From Paraphysomonas bandaiensis (lineage: Eukaryota; Protista; Chrysophyceae): a stretch of DNA of 64,000 bases. Both the position numbers and the translations under genes were made by a program. This document shows positions 36,780 through 50,199 of the stretch, piece by piece (position 1 is the first letter of the stretch; every line of letters begins with the position of its first letter). Location of the stretch: positions 186,001 to 250,000 of the forward strand of contig CBFFRP010000119.1 of NCBI GenBank assembly GCA_965644295.1, read 5' to 3'. The notes below the pieces were generated by a model. It saw nothing but the letters and a program-made list of their open reading frames with translations. It searched no databases and was not told the DNA's origin.

Positions 36780-37831
36780 TTATCCCCATTTTGTTTCAAA
36801 ATATTTTTTTTGACCTGATTTGGGCTCAACAGGGCGCTGCACTATAGATCCCGGACAAATATAGACATTCAACTTCAATATTCGGTTCAACAGAAGCACA
36901 TTTCTATCCTATGTATGATAATGACAGTCATATGTATGTGATTTCATTACACAATTATAGGAAACCACAATCATGAACCAACGAGCCAACTATCAAGACA
37001 GATGATCTAACACTCCAATTCGTATTCCATCCCTCGTCTGCTGTAGAAGATCATAATGATGTCAGTGCACATCGGTGGGACGAATTCGTCACCTATAGGT
37101 CGCTCTACCTACCTATAGGTTCACCGCAAGTACCTAATAGGTACCCTCGACTCAGCGGGAGTCCCACCAATGCAAGCTATCTACTTTCATAACCAGGACT
37201 TCAAAACAACTTCAAGAATACTTCAGGGGAGTTGAAGTGTCGTATCTTATGATGTATAGGTGGTTAAGGGCAGTGGTATCCAGCTCTTTCAGGGTTTGGG
37301 TGGCATTGTGCTTAAGAGGATATTGTGCACCTCATATCATACACACATCATTCAATCAGGTGCACTACCAGAGGTTAAGCGTATTGTATATAAATGTGAT
37401 GATGATGCTAAATAAGGCAATTAGAAGCCTTTCGTGCGACTACCACTGTTCATATTCATCATCACACTCATGTACGCATTTCAACGCCTCGCAGTTGCCA
37501 TTCCCTCAGTATCTAGGATTGCTTTTGTTGTAGCTATTATATATATAAAATTGAGGGTTTATTGTTTGAGTTGATCTATAGTGCAACGCTATTCTCAGTA
37601 TACACTTTCAATATGAATTCTCATTTGTTTTTCTTATGTTAATCAGGAAACAACTATTTCTGCCTTTCTACAGCAAGTAAGCTACTAATAGCTATACACA
37701 ATCTAATAATAAGTTTTCATCATCATGAAGATAAGCTACGTTTTAATCCAGGGATAATAAGGAGTATTGTTCCTTGTCTAAATTTTAAAACTTTTGCCCG
37801 TGGTTAAATATTACTATATGGGTATTCACCG
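36780..37831 (-). repeat. Second copy of dispersed repeat X: lacks the hAT insertion, carries a different MITE
   Basis: Reverse-complement match to 5250-7277; single copy of the hAT target site at ~36909-36916. Confidence 0.8.
37070..37172. mobile_element. 103-bp MITE with 12-bp imperfect TIRs and 2-bp TSD
   Basis: CATCGGTGGGAC...GTCCCACCAATG flanked by CA/CA; three internal ACCTA(A)TAGGT palindromes; absent from the paralogous site at ~5795. Confidence 0.8.
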
Positions 37832-37929
37832 AATCAGAAATAAAAAATTCGCTCCAATATATGGGAGCATACAGCATACAATAGACATCAATTAACGAAT
37901 GAAAATGTTATATACATGCAGCAATTATA

Positions 37930-38208
37930 GCCCGGATGCTTGACTTCAGTAGGAATCCCAATATACCCTGGATACCCTTGAGGTGGACCCATCCCCATAT
38001 ATATGTCTGCTTATTCGTCAACGCCCAAAGACAACAAGTCACACTTATATTTGTGTCCCTTGTACCACACAAGAATTTGGCTATGAGTGGGCAGAAAATT
38101 ATCTACTGACTATGTTTGTGGCTCACGTTTTTTCTTGAAGAAATTATCTCTCTGGTACTTATTCCCCATATCGCCACGAAAAGGTGCAAGTCCGACTTTG
38201 CTGAGGGC
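37930..38208 (-). repeat. Diverged 5'-end copy of the retroelement family
   Basis: Reverse complement of CCCTCAGCAAAGTCGGACTTGCACCTTTTCGTGG...CTGCCCACTCATAGCC...CTGAAGTCAAGCATCCGGG. Confidence 0.85.
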
Positions 38209-39110
38209 TAATACCTCCTTCATTATTTTGGCATTAAGCGGTAATCCACACACATACCATTTCTCATTCAGGTACTGGGTGTGCACATGTACGTGTTCTT
38301 CCAGTTTCCTGGCCATAGATCACCGTTAATGAGCCCCTCGCTGCATTTTTACATGTACGGCTAGCGAGTATGATGGTCCATAGCCCATAGCCGATATCCT
38401 GTAAATTAATGGAGTTATGTCAACATAACACTGACAAGAGGGCTGCATCGTTATTTCTAACGAAGTGTTTTAAAATGCTGGATATACATACACACTATCA
38501 AGTAGATATGTATTGTCTATAATCTATAAGAATTAATAGTTATTTGTGAATGTTTTGTATTTTGTTAGTGGGGATATAAGAACATAAGATCGACTAGATT
38601 TACCACTATAATTGACAAGAAAGTTGAATCATTATTACTTCGACTAGGTGTTGTGTTTACACCAAAACTAATGTATCTACGTAATTTATCCAATTTGACT
38701 ACGTTGAATAATATTTCCGGAAATAATTATAGTACAATCAATTATGCTACATCAAAACATGGCATTGTCAATTTGGTGAATATATTTCATGCGTATATTG
38801 TAACTATTATTTTCTAAGCGGCATCATAGTATATTGTATCTTACATAATATACGGATTCACACCGATAACCCCGCTATTTAGGGGTTTGATTTGGACTGC
38901 AGTATTACGTGGACCACTCACCATTCAACGACTAAAAAGTACGATGACGTACATATAATAGACCACTACCATGCTATTACTGTTACGTTATCGACCATTA
39001 TCATACCTGCTAGCTACACCGTCTACATAGTATATAATTACCATACCAAAACGAAGACAACGGGATAATATTAAACCAAGAAACCATTCAAGACATACTT
39101 CATTGAACTC

Positions 39111-42100
39111 TCACCCCTCCACAGTCGCAGCACCAGTGGACGAAGCATTCATGATCATCTGCATCCCTTGGGTAAGACTATCAGTCCCTTTAATTCTACC
39201 CATTGCAATATCCATTTGACTTGCGTGAATATGCGCATACGGGAAGTATTTCTCCAAGCAATGGCGATCCATAAGGGGGAAGTTTCGAATAAATGCCTCC
39301 AATATATTCGACATTGGGCGAAGATGCCGGTCCGAGAACTCCGCCTCATTTATCCGCATTGACAATATTACATTAGCGGAAAGTTCCAAGAATGTATCCG
39401 CGGCTTCTCTAAGCGAAGATGCATACGTTGAGCCGCCATCAGTAATCGTCATTCTTCTCCTCGGAAGTGAGGCTGGCCTACCCTCCCCTTCTCCTGAGCT
39501 AGATTCAATGAAGCAAAGAAAAAATTTCGAAATTGTCAACGCAAGTGTGTGCTGGTTGCCTTTGAAAGCTTCAAACGCTGGCAGGTATTGACCGTTTGCT
39601 TGCCAATATGGGGACATAAAGCACGCAGCATACGCGACAGGTAACAGTGTGAATATTTTCTTATCCTCTGCACTTGATACAAGCGGACGAATCGCCTGTG
39701 CCAGTGAAAGATCAGCTTCAGTCATGACCCCCGCATCAAAGGCAATCGAATATAAAGGTGTCGTCACATCTTGCAGGATAAAGGGTTTGACTGCGCTTGT
39801 TAGGGTACCCAATGAATCACGCAGAAACGGAGCGAGGATCTGGAGGGCATCGCTCATTCCTTGGTGCAGAGCCTATGCAAATTCACACCTTCAGATTATA
39901 CGACAATATGCATATATTATAGTATATCACTGCGTCATCTCCTTACCTCCCGAAGAGCCAGAGCAACGCCAACTGTTACAGAAGCTGTCAGGAATGCCTC
40001 AGTCATTTTGAGCTGAGATAGTATGGAGCTCTTATACCGATGACGGTTGAATGAGATCAAGACAGTTTGGTTTTCGCTAATAAAATCACGAGTGGTGTGA
40101 ACCTGTTCATACACATATTAGCATGCATACACTACATATAGTATACAAAAAACACATAATGATACAGTAAGCAAAACACTCAAACCATATATATAATCAG
40201 TGGTACGTACTCTCTCAGCTATAATTGACAACAGCATACTGTCGATACAGCGCACTCCCTGTACTCCTATAAACATACACAGTGCTGCCATTTCATCTCG
40301 ATTGATATACACGTCAATGGGCCTGAGCGACGTTTTTGCTCGCGCAAATGACTTTGTTGATGGAATCCACATCAGTCCGGATTCAGACGCGGAAGCCTGT
40401 TGCACTAGCATGCAAAACCAAGTTGCGATTTGCCAGACCACAGGCCTCTCTCCAGTCGGACTTTCTTTTGGCGGCGCTTGGCGGAGGATCGTAGCTGCAC
40501 CTGGTGGAGGGACTGTCGTATCACAAAAGTTGCGAAACAAAACAGCTCGTAAAAGGCGAGGCATATCAGCACTAATATATTCGTAAATCGCCTGCATAGT
40601 ACGACAACCAACAGCAATCTCCATGAGAACCAAAGATGGCCTCTCCATATCCCCCTTCGGTACTACGACACTCTTAATTCGATTCTCAAAATAAGATGAC
40701 ATGAACTGACGTATAGCCACTTCAATATTATACTCCTTATTAAATACCAATACATTGCCTAAGCTGTGAGCCTGCTCCATAATAGCAACCAAACTACGTC
40801 TGTTGTGAGCCAGTGGAGCAATAGATTTTTTGGCCCACCCTTCACTTTCAAAACCAGGATAATGGTCAGCTTGCTGAGAACTAGGTTTAGAGCCATCCTT
40901 TGCCTGGTTTTGCTTGTGCCATTGTCTTTCCAACCTTTGTCCAGCATCCGAAGCTCGACTTTTCTTTTCCAACGATATAAAATGGTCCCATAAACTGCCG
41001 AGCATTGATTCAACGTATTTGTTTGTTAGGCTAACTAGCAGATCGCATAGTCTCCATGCTGATTCGCTCAATAGCAACCCCTCTTCGGGACAGTCGTCGT
41101 GCAAACTCATTGGCACGGCGGATACAATGCCAAACACGCTCATTGGACGGTATGTTCCTTCCAATCCCTCACGAAAACAATCAACCAGGCGTGACTGAAA
41201 CCACCACAGCTCATGAGGAACAAAATATTCCTTTATCAATTCTGGGAGGTCATCGACATACCTTGAGTGTTCAACCACTTCTTGCATTAAGTAGGCCAGC
41301 TCGTCATTGGCTTCACGAGAAAATTTACTCGAAGTCGCCAATATTGTAGTGTATCGGCTCCAATTCAGCCTTAGCCCACTCAAGTCAGAGTTCGACAGTT
41401 CTTCCGGGTCTACTGTTCGCAAATCATGCGGAATGGACATCAATAGTGCAGTGATCTGCTCATTCGAATTTTCAGGCAAGACGGACACTGCATTTGCACA
41501 TAAAGGGGCGACCGTATCCGCATCCCATCCCGATAAATACTCGGCGTAATACACTTCTACTATCTCTCGGTGCTTCTCGACCAGGCAGGTCAACTCATGT
41601 AAATCATCCATGAGTGTTGTAATATCCCTACATTTATAGTGATCCCCATTCATATATTTCTTGACGTCTTTGCGTGCGTCCATACTGAGATGTCGAAAGT
41701 AATGCAAAAGCTCCGACTTTGCCATGGAAGCCGCTGCAAGGACAACAGGAAACTTGGGGCCAAGAAGCCCCGGTACAGCAGTCAATAAATGGCGCAAATT
41801 TTTAACCTCCGCATGAATGAATGATCTTCGTTCTTGGTGCCTCATTCCCACAGACTGCACCGCAACACGTGCAAATTCTTTTATAATGTTTTTGACCTTA
41901 AAGCCCTTCGGTACAGTTACATTGTCTCGCTTCGATGGGTATGAGCTATAGAGACTCTCCAGCTCAGCATGAAGGTTGAGGGTCTACGATGGCAACATCA
42001 GCACAATATAGAAATAATAAAATATTGAGGAGCTTTGAGATGTGTACACTTATTGCAGAAACACAATACGAGTCAGCAACTATGGTTCTTCAAAACGGTA

Positions 42101-43526
42101 CAAAATGTTACCTACCGTATCCCGGAACACATTCACCACAAGGTGGTCGGATATCACCAACTTAAATATTTCGTTATACTTGCCATCAGGATCAAAGATA
42201 AGGCCAGGACATGCCAAAAAAGCGTATACGATATAATCCGAATAGGTCGATGCCTCTCGAAGCTCAGTGTACATGGAAAGGTGACAGTCACTCTTTGAGT
42301 TCAGCTGAGACAAAAAATTAAGCGAGTTACATGAAGTTTAATACGTACGACGCAATGAACATAAACATATCATACGCATCGGTAATACATATGCTGTTGT
42401 AAAGATCATCTGAATTCGATCAACACATGGTAAAAGTCAGCGCAATTGACAATACCTTCATCTTGGATGGACCAGACATATTGTCCCCATCAAAAGTAGG
42501 ATTGAGCACATACTTAGACCTCAGATTCTCACAGCTATCATTGACCATAATACTCTCAAAAAACTGAAGGATCGATGCCCCAATAAACTCCGAGTGAGGG
42601 GAAAATTCATCAATGAAGATGCGCTGAATCCCGTCAGAATCAGTGAGAAGTTTTGCCAGCCTGAGATGGTATAGAATTAGAATATACCGAGTGTAATCAG
42701 CCATACGTCATGGTTCCAGATATACAACAAAAGCATGATAAAGCTAATGACTCAGACGGCGATATGAAAAAGAGTTTTCAAATAGGATCAACGTACTCTC
42801 CGAGGTTGGGTTCGTTTTCTTCCTTGGCACAGTGGTATGCGGCACTATACATACTCCCGATAGCCTTCCTTTCTTCAATCGACGAAAATATCAACATAAC
42901 TTTCATGTAGGCGAGCATGAGATCAAAATAGAGGATGATAATGCCCCGATGCATATCAAGCTGAGAATTCACAAGAAGAAAAATGAATACATGAAAATTA
43001 AATGTGTACTGGATTTCAATATATAAATAACACACACAAACCGCATATCTGACAGGACAAAAATATCTTCACCTTAAAATGCACAAGAGACTGCGGAATT
43101 TCCCGCAGAAGCTCCTTAGCAGCGCGGCGGAACTCGCAGATATCCAGAATGAGGTCGTTAAAAAAATTAAGCTCGCCGACAACATTGTGACAGATCTGCC
43201 TCAACAAATCGTATCCCTGAACCTAACGAGTTCCAATTAAATGATACCAAAATGCTGGCCAATGAAAGACATGCCTTTGTTAAGTCTCCAAAATCTGGGA
43301 AATTTTTTTCGATCCTAATTTTAATTTTGGCGAGATCAGGATTCCTCATGCAGGGCGGCGACAGATCCGCCGAGAGCATACGCATCTTTGTGTTGTAGCA
43401 TCTGCAGCATATGCCCTCTGCAACGTCGCACAGTATTTTACCCCTGCAGTAAAGGTCATGTGAGTTACGTGTGTGTTGAGAGGCATGGCGTTACTTTTCT
43501 ATGAAGCGATAGATAGAAGAGCTCAT
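39111..43526 (-). CDS. NCKAP1: Nck-associated protein 1 (NAP1/Hem family, SCAR/WAVE complex), multi-exon
   Basis: N-terminal EKGKILCDVAEGICCRCYNTK..IEKNFP, HQERRSFI..LRHLLTAVPGLLGPKFPVV, GLRLNWSRY, HDDCPEE, PGFESE, EMAALCMFIGVQGVRCID, LEKYFPYAHIH all follow Hem/NAP1 motifs. Confidence 0.88.
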
Positions 43527-43972
43527 GTTGTATCAAGCTGCTGGGAACAGCACAGATATACGGGTATGGGAAATAGTATCACACCGCTGCAGTGGTGGTG
43601 CTTCCACTTAGTGACTGATTGTGTTGGGATTAATAGCGAAAGATCACCTCCCGCCTCTGCATACACTGCGAGCTCGACGGGGTGTAGACTGTAGACGTAC
43701 ATGCAGCAGATATACACACACTGCACAATCTTGTGCAAAAAAAAACACCTCTATGTCTTGCGTGGAGAAAAAAAAACAGCGTTTTTAAAACAAAAAAAAA
43801 CATATAGACTGGAAAAGCCTGGCTTTGGGTATTTTTATGTACAGCAGTACCGTATACTATATGGTTGAGAAGTAGAGGACTATACACGCCATCATATGCG
43901 TATATTCTCTGCACATCATCCATCATATCTCGATAGGCATTAAACAACATCTCTACCCCCCCCCTCACTCTC

Positions 43973-45545
43973 ATGATACAAAGCATCTACTTCATCTCTC
44001 GCACCGGGTAAGTCCCTCTCTCTGTGTGTCTCTCTTCTCTTCATAGGCCTCTGTCCTGTATCAGGGAGCCTATCATAGAAAAGCACTGGCGAGGCATCAC
44101 ATCTCGAGCCGTCTGTGACTTCTTCTGGAATGAAGTCAGTAAGTACGACTCTCATGAGGTACGTCAGATTGTTTTCCACTCCTGTGATTGGCTGATATGG
44201 TATCTTATGGCAGGAAGTGCCTCCCATTATATCTACCACACAGTACTATCTGATAAATGTATGCCGACAAGAGAACTTTCTACTTGCCATTGCCACTGGT
44301 GAGACGTCACCATTAGTTACCATTGAATTCCTTCATAGAGTACTTGACATATTCGACGAATATTTTGGAGACATAGAGGAGTCTACGATAAAAGATAACT
44401 TCTCCACCGTTTACCAATTGCTGGAAGAAATGATGGATTATGGATATCCACTTACCACTGAGCCAAACGTTCTCAAAGCAATGATTCAGCCACCCACTGT
44501 ATTGTCTCGTATTCAATCTGCTGCAACAGGTCGATCAACTATATCTGACATTTTACCGGATGGAACTATTTCTAATATGCCTTGGAGACAGACTGGTGTG
44601 AAGTACTCGCAGAATGAAATATACCTTGATATCGTAGAGGAAATCGATGCCACTGTCGATCGTAGTGGAACTATAGTGTCATCTGAGGTATCTGGGGCGA
44701 TTTTAGCGAATAGTCGACTCAGTGGCATGCCTGATTTGACATTACAATTCACCGACCCAGAGGTCATCGACGATTGCTCATTCCACCCTTGTGTGCGGTA
44801 CAACAGGTACGACCGCGACAAGGTCGTTTCATTCGTTCCACCTGACGGACAGTTTGAGTTGATGCGCTATCGGGTAAATACGAAAAGCCCGGTCGTGGCT
44901 CCAGTATACTGTCAGCCGCAGGTGTCCTTCGAGTACGGAGCCGGTAAGGGTCAAATCTCGGTTATGGTCGGACAGAGAGCAGGAAGCTCGTCTTTAATAT
45001 TTCCGTCCAAGAAGGGCTCAATGGTGGTGCGTTATTGATTTTATATGATTGAGCTCACATATGTCCTCTGCATTTTACTCTTTTCAATTTAAATAACTTT
45101 TGTGTTTGTTGTGATGTTTTAGGTGGAGGAGGTGGAAGTTGTAATTCCCTTCTCGAAGGCGGTCCGTACCGCCAATCTTACGGTGACGGCAGGAACTTGC
45201 CTGTTTGATGAGGCCACCAAGGTATGAACTGCAGTGGTAGTGTGGGATATGTACGTGGACTTATTCCGTGCTTCAATTGTGCAGGTGGTCAAGTGGACAG
45301 TAGGAAAGCTTATGCGGGAGACTAGTCCTCAATTAACTGGGACTATATTATTACAGACCGGGCAGAGCTCCCGGAACACACAAGAGACGGATACACCTCC
45401 TATACAAATGCATTGGAAAGTTCCGATGGCTTCCGTGTCTGGGCTTGCTGTAGCTGGACTACAGCTGACAAATGAGAGGTACAAGCCGTACAAAGGAGTA
45501 CGAACCATAACGAAATCAGGAAAATTCCAAATTAGATCGTCTTAG
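43973..45545 (+). CDS. AP3M1: AP-3 complex mu subunit, 4 exons
   Basis: MIQSIYFISRTG|EPIIEKHWRG, PLVTIEFLHRV, IKDNFSTVYQLLEEMMDYGYPLTTEPNVLK, PWRQTGVKYSQNEIY, DDCSFHPCVRY, YKPYKGVRTITKSGKFQIRS. Confidence 0.95.
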
Positions 45546-46149
45546 CCATTTCTGTAACTAGTAGTATATATGTATCTTAAGCGAATTACTTGTATTCATT
45601 CACAATGTCATTATAAAATAACAAATGTAGCAGTTATACTTTATATGAAGTTTAATGGATAGTCATATTTTCAGACACGCATAATCGGTTTTCAAGCACG
45701 AAGCATTAGTTCATTAGTATAGCAATATCAATGTTTATGAGAGTTTGTTTATAGCAGAGCCCAGATTGATACGACCGATTTTCACAAGTGAACGGCAACT
45801 AGACATATTGAAATAATGTTGATATGTCTGCGTGTGAATTGATTATTACGCATCATGTATTAAAACCAAAACTTGAGATCGATCTGTTACTATGCCAATG
45901 TACAACCAAACCTTACTTACATAATAGTAGCTTATTAATACTTATTGGGAGTAGTTAGTGTGTACTTTTGTTGCAATACTATACAAAGGAATACAACCAC
46001 AATACCAGGAGAAGACACAAAATATTACACCTGTAATTATTAATTATATATATAGTGGCGTTGATACTCAGCCACAACAACTCCTAGAAGATAATTCAAC
46101 AAGTACCCTGTCTTACAAAGCTTAGGTTTTAGTCATCTGCTTCGACAAT

Positions 46150-46480
46150 TTAGCGGTAGAATGCAGCTTCCGGTTCTAAAGTACCCCATTTGACAGTGTA
46201 ACCTGTTTTGATAAGAATGTCTGGCGTACCATCTACAGAAAAGTCATCAATAACGACAATATCGAACTCATCACTCTGATGCCTCAATGCATGTAGCGAA
46301 GATAACGTAGCATCAATGTGGTTACAGGTAGTCAAAACGACCAAAGTTCTGGTGTGTGTAACTATAGAAGAAGTCAACCGTTCACATATTTTTTCACAAT
46401 CCGTTCCCAAAAGTAGTGGCAAAAATAAGTCCGATACATAAGATTATTGTGGATCGCTATGGGAATGATCATTCTCATAA
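46150..46480 (-). pseudogene. Fragment of a family-2 glycosyltransferase
   Basis: RTLVVLTTCNH...FDIVVIDDFSVDGT is a GT2 N-terminal motif. The ORF ends soon after and no continuation was found. Confidence 0.55.
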
Positions 46481-47606
46481 CATCAGACAATAGAAATGAG
46501 TTACAGTCATAGTATGAATTTTTCTATATCACCACTACCACTCGAAGATCCATCATAAATACCAACATGAATTTCATGAATATATGTCTTATTTATATTG
46601 TAATTGATTGTATATGGATATAATGTCCATTGAGCATATAAACCCACTATATTATATAAAAATACTATTATAACTCTATATCTCATGTTCCCTTTTATAT
46701 AATGTAATAAGGGGGAATAAAGAGAGTGTTGAGAATGCAGGATGACGCAGAGAGTGAGCTGAAAAGAAAAGTCGGTAAAAGTTTTGATGACTGAAGCAGT
46801 ACTGATAAAATGGGGATGAAATATACTAGGGTAATGGACTTAATGGTGTAGTTGTAGCAGCGCTAGTAGTAGTAGCTATCACTCCCACCTATTAGCTATG
46901 TAATCCTGGGGGTGTTTGGTAACAGAGCTCTAGTAACGAGATGAAGCAGCAGTGGGAAAAAGGAAACACTCCAATATTAAAACATTCTATATTAGTTATA
47001 GTAGCAGATTACAAGAAGGTGTAGTTATGACGTGAGTAACAACATTAGGACTATCACGAGGCATGTCTGTCGAGGGCAAGTTTTGTGATTCATTCTATGA
47101 AGAAGAGGTAGTCAGGTATCAGCATGTACGCATGTACACACTATTCCCTCTGCATCACCCTCATCAGGACTTTGTGAAGAGAGACCATCAGATGATGCTG
47201 GTATATCCTGACACAAAGGCTCTGATTCTCAGTAACAACAAGTACTATATCGCAGTTTATTATAGTGTATTGGGAGCAATGGTATTTGAATAGCAGACAG
47301 TAGACAGGAAATACGGTCATAATCTGGCAACTATGTAGACGTCATAGAAATAGTAAGAACAGTCGACGATGCCGCAGCAAAATTACTCGAAAAAGCCAGA
47401 GTGTTAAGCTTGTATTGCGACTTTAACAACTGTTCTGATTTAGCTTTGTATTCCACACTATTAGAATGTAGAGTGTAGATTGCACAATCGACATGCGTTT
47501 ACTCAACTTAAAGGTAAACAATAAAACGGCAGGCGTGTCATTTATATAGTTATTACAAGTGTTACCAAAGTATATAACACAGCTGAAGTCAGCGGGACTA
47601 CACCAT

Positions 47607-47918
47607 CTATCTCTTCTTTCCGCCTTTTTTCGCTCTGTTGCCGTGTCCCTTCTTAGGGGGGCCCTTCCCTCTTGCGCGCAGTCTCACCAGCTTGTCTTGA
47701 CGCCTCTCCTCTAAATCAGTCGTATAATCTTTTGCTAATTTCTTGAAGGAACGTGTCAAATCGGGTGGGTAGTACTTCGCAGCCACAGGGCCATAGGGTG
47801 TCTTCGCTAGTAGTTTAAAGCCTGTTCTGTGCTGGACGACTGGACGATGATTGAAAACCTTTCTTGCGGCCTCGTCAATAATGGCCAGCACCTGTGGGGT
47901 AAATTTCCTCGCTCTCAT
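47607..47918 (-). CDS. MRPS33: Mitochondrial small-subunit ribosomal protein mS33 (Rsm27)
   Basis: ARKVFN..RTGFKLL..GPVAAKYYP..EERRQDKLVRLRARGKGPPKKG. Start codon uncertain. Confidence 0.85.
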   Translation of the reverse strand: MRARKFTPQVLAIIDEAARKVFNHRPVVQHRTGFKLLAKTPYGPVAAKYYPPDLTRSFKKLAKDYTTDLEERRQDKLVRLRARGKGPPKKGHGNRAKKGGKKR

Positions 47919-48322
47919 ATTTGCACTACAAGCAGAGGACGTATTTATAATCAGTGACCTTAATGCGTGTTGTGTATGCATATATACACACACAACTCCA
48001 GCCATAGTCATATGCAGACAGCAGCTATACACATATACGGCGATATACGACAGTGTACAGCTCAGGCTGTGCCACTGGTAACTAGGAATACTGCTGTACT
48101 CTGTACTCTGTACTGCTGTACTCTGTACTGCTGGTATACCGCACCACTTAGCTATCTATCATATGGCGAAGGAATACAGTGTATATAGAGCGTATCCTCT
48201 ACCTCCTGTTGTTATACATATATACATACATACATCTACATAGATATCATCCACTGCATGCATCCAGAGCAAGTAACGGCAAACACAAGAAAACATATCA
48301 CTTGCTCGTAGAGTGTGCTGCA

Positions 48323-48825
48323 ATGGTATTTCTTCCGAAGTTTAATTGGCCCCAGAGTGCCTCCCATCTCCCTATGTGAAACAGCAAGTACTCATACGTC
48401 TCATCTTCGGCATTCACATGGACGCCATTGTGCAGCCAGACGTATACCAGTACGAGCAAAGGTGGAGTGACTGAGACACACCCTGCACAGCGAAGATTCT
48501 TTTCTTGTCTGTTCTGCTCCCTCCAGATGATGATTCATTGGGCCTCATCACTGATCTCATGACTGTGGTGGTGAGGGACCGCGCATTGATAGTGCTTTAG
48601 TGTCGTCTTCAAGATATCGGACCTCAAAAGATCTTATGCAACATTAGGCTGAATCCTCACATATTCCATGTCTCATGCGAGGTCTATATCCTGTACCATG
48701 ACCACGTTTCCGCTGCCACTTGGTCTTCATCTTAGGAATTAGCGCTTCTGGACCTAGAACAGCTACTGCGCTTGTTATTCTATTTGTTAGCCTTGATTTA
48801 TGTTATTCCCAGAGAAATGCACTAG
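48323..48825 (+). CDS. Hypothetical small multi-exon protein (~85-100 aa)
   Basis: Four GT-AG intron candidates splice into one frame: MVFLPKFNWPQSASHLPIQTYTSTSKDDDSLGLITDLMTVCRLQDIGPQKILCNIRLNPHIFHVSCEELALLDLEQLLR... No family recognised. Confidence 0.4.
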
Positions 48826-49766
48826 AAATATATCTAATCGATATACACTACTACAATTCTAACAATGATCGTTGTACTCTGCATACTGATGTGTATTTAT
48901 AGGAGTATATAGCCAGATACTGACGTTGCAGCATGTATGTTCTGCATGAATACATATTGTAGGTGATACGGTGCTTCGTGGTCAGTGTTGTTTAGTTGAC
49001 CAATTACTTGGGTACTGGCAAGGTGACTTTATTAACGGTAGATTTTGCGTGTTATTACTTATATTGGGTTGTCGTATATAAAGAAGTGAAGTGTGGCTGA
49101 TAAAATTTAAAGAGTAAACAGTTCCAATTGTTAGTAATAACTCATGGTTATATGAATGAAAAATATCTCAAGATATGTCTATTATAGCGAGGAGACTTAC
49201 TTAAAATCACTATTATTTCAACTCTAAGACTTTAACATACAACAATACTACTTTCACTTAGACGTAGATAATTACTTCCATTTGGTAATATCTTACATGT
49301 CGTGAATAGTACTATATACTACAGTACTTCAATTTTTACCTATTATCAGTATCCAATAATGATAATTGCAATTGTTTGACCAGCATCCTAGTATTGGCAT
49401 TGCAATTAATTTACGATAATGCTGAAACAAAATCTCATCCCAAAGATGCCAATTTTTACACAGAAACATCAACATTTCAAGATGACTAACTGCTTGAGGA
49501 ACTCAGTCGTAACTATCTTAGCACTTCTAACTAACCTCTCAAGAGCATTGGTAGTGATATACAAACAATTTAATGCTGGCAGTTTGGTGCGTTCTTTCTT
49601 GTGCTTTTGGATGTCTTTAAGTAAAAACGAATGCCGTCATCATCCTCTTTCTGTTCATCGAATTCACCTTCATCTGTGCATTTATCAAAAAGCGTTGCAT
49701 CTGTGCTTTTTCAGCGTGGTTCGGTTCTGCTTCTATACAATGCTAAATCTTGACTACTGCTTTTTC

Positions 49767-50138
49767 GAAACCCTCAACAAAGTCGGACTCGCACCTTTTC
49801 GTGGTGTTCTGGGGGATAAGAGTACCGGAGAGATTCTCTCTGGGAAACTAACGTGAGCCGCAAACATAGTCAGCAGATATTGTTCTGCCCACTCATAGCC
49901 AAATGCTTGTGTGGTACAAGGGACACTAATAAGTGTCACTTGTGTAGACGTCTTTGGGCCCTGACAAATAAACAGGCATCCGGGAATGGGCCCACCTCAA
50001 GGGCATCCGGGACAGGGCCCACCAGAAGGGTAACCGGGGTATTGGGCTGCCTGCTGAAGTTAATCATCCGGGATGTTCACCTTAAGAACTCAAAACACCT
50101 GAAGTCAGCAGATGTCAGGTATATCAACATTCTGCTTG
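49767..50138 (+). repeat. Longest 5'-end copy of the retroelement family
   Basis: Same start (CCCTCAACAAAGTCGGACTC) as the other copies; internal tandem GGCATCCGGGA..GGGCCCACC repeats. Confidence 0.85.
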
Positions 50139-50199
50139 CTCCCTGCGTTTGCTTTGAGTGATTGATGCTGAGTATGAGTTCACATTATTCGGTATCTGT

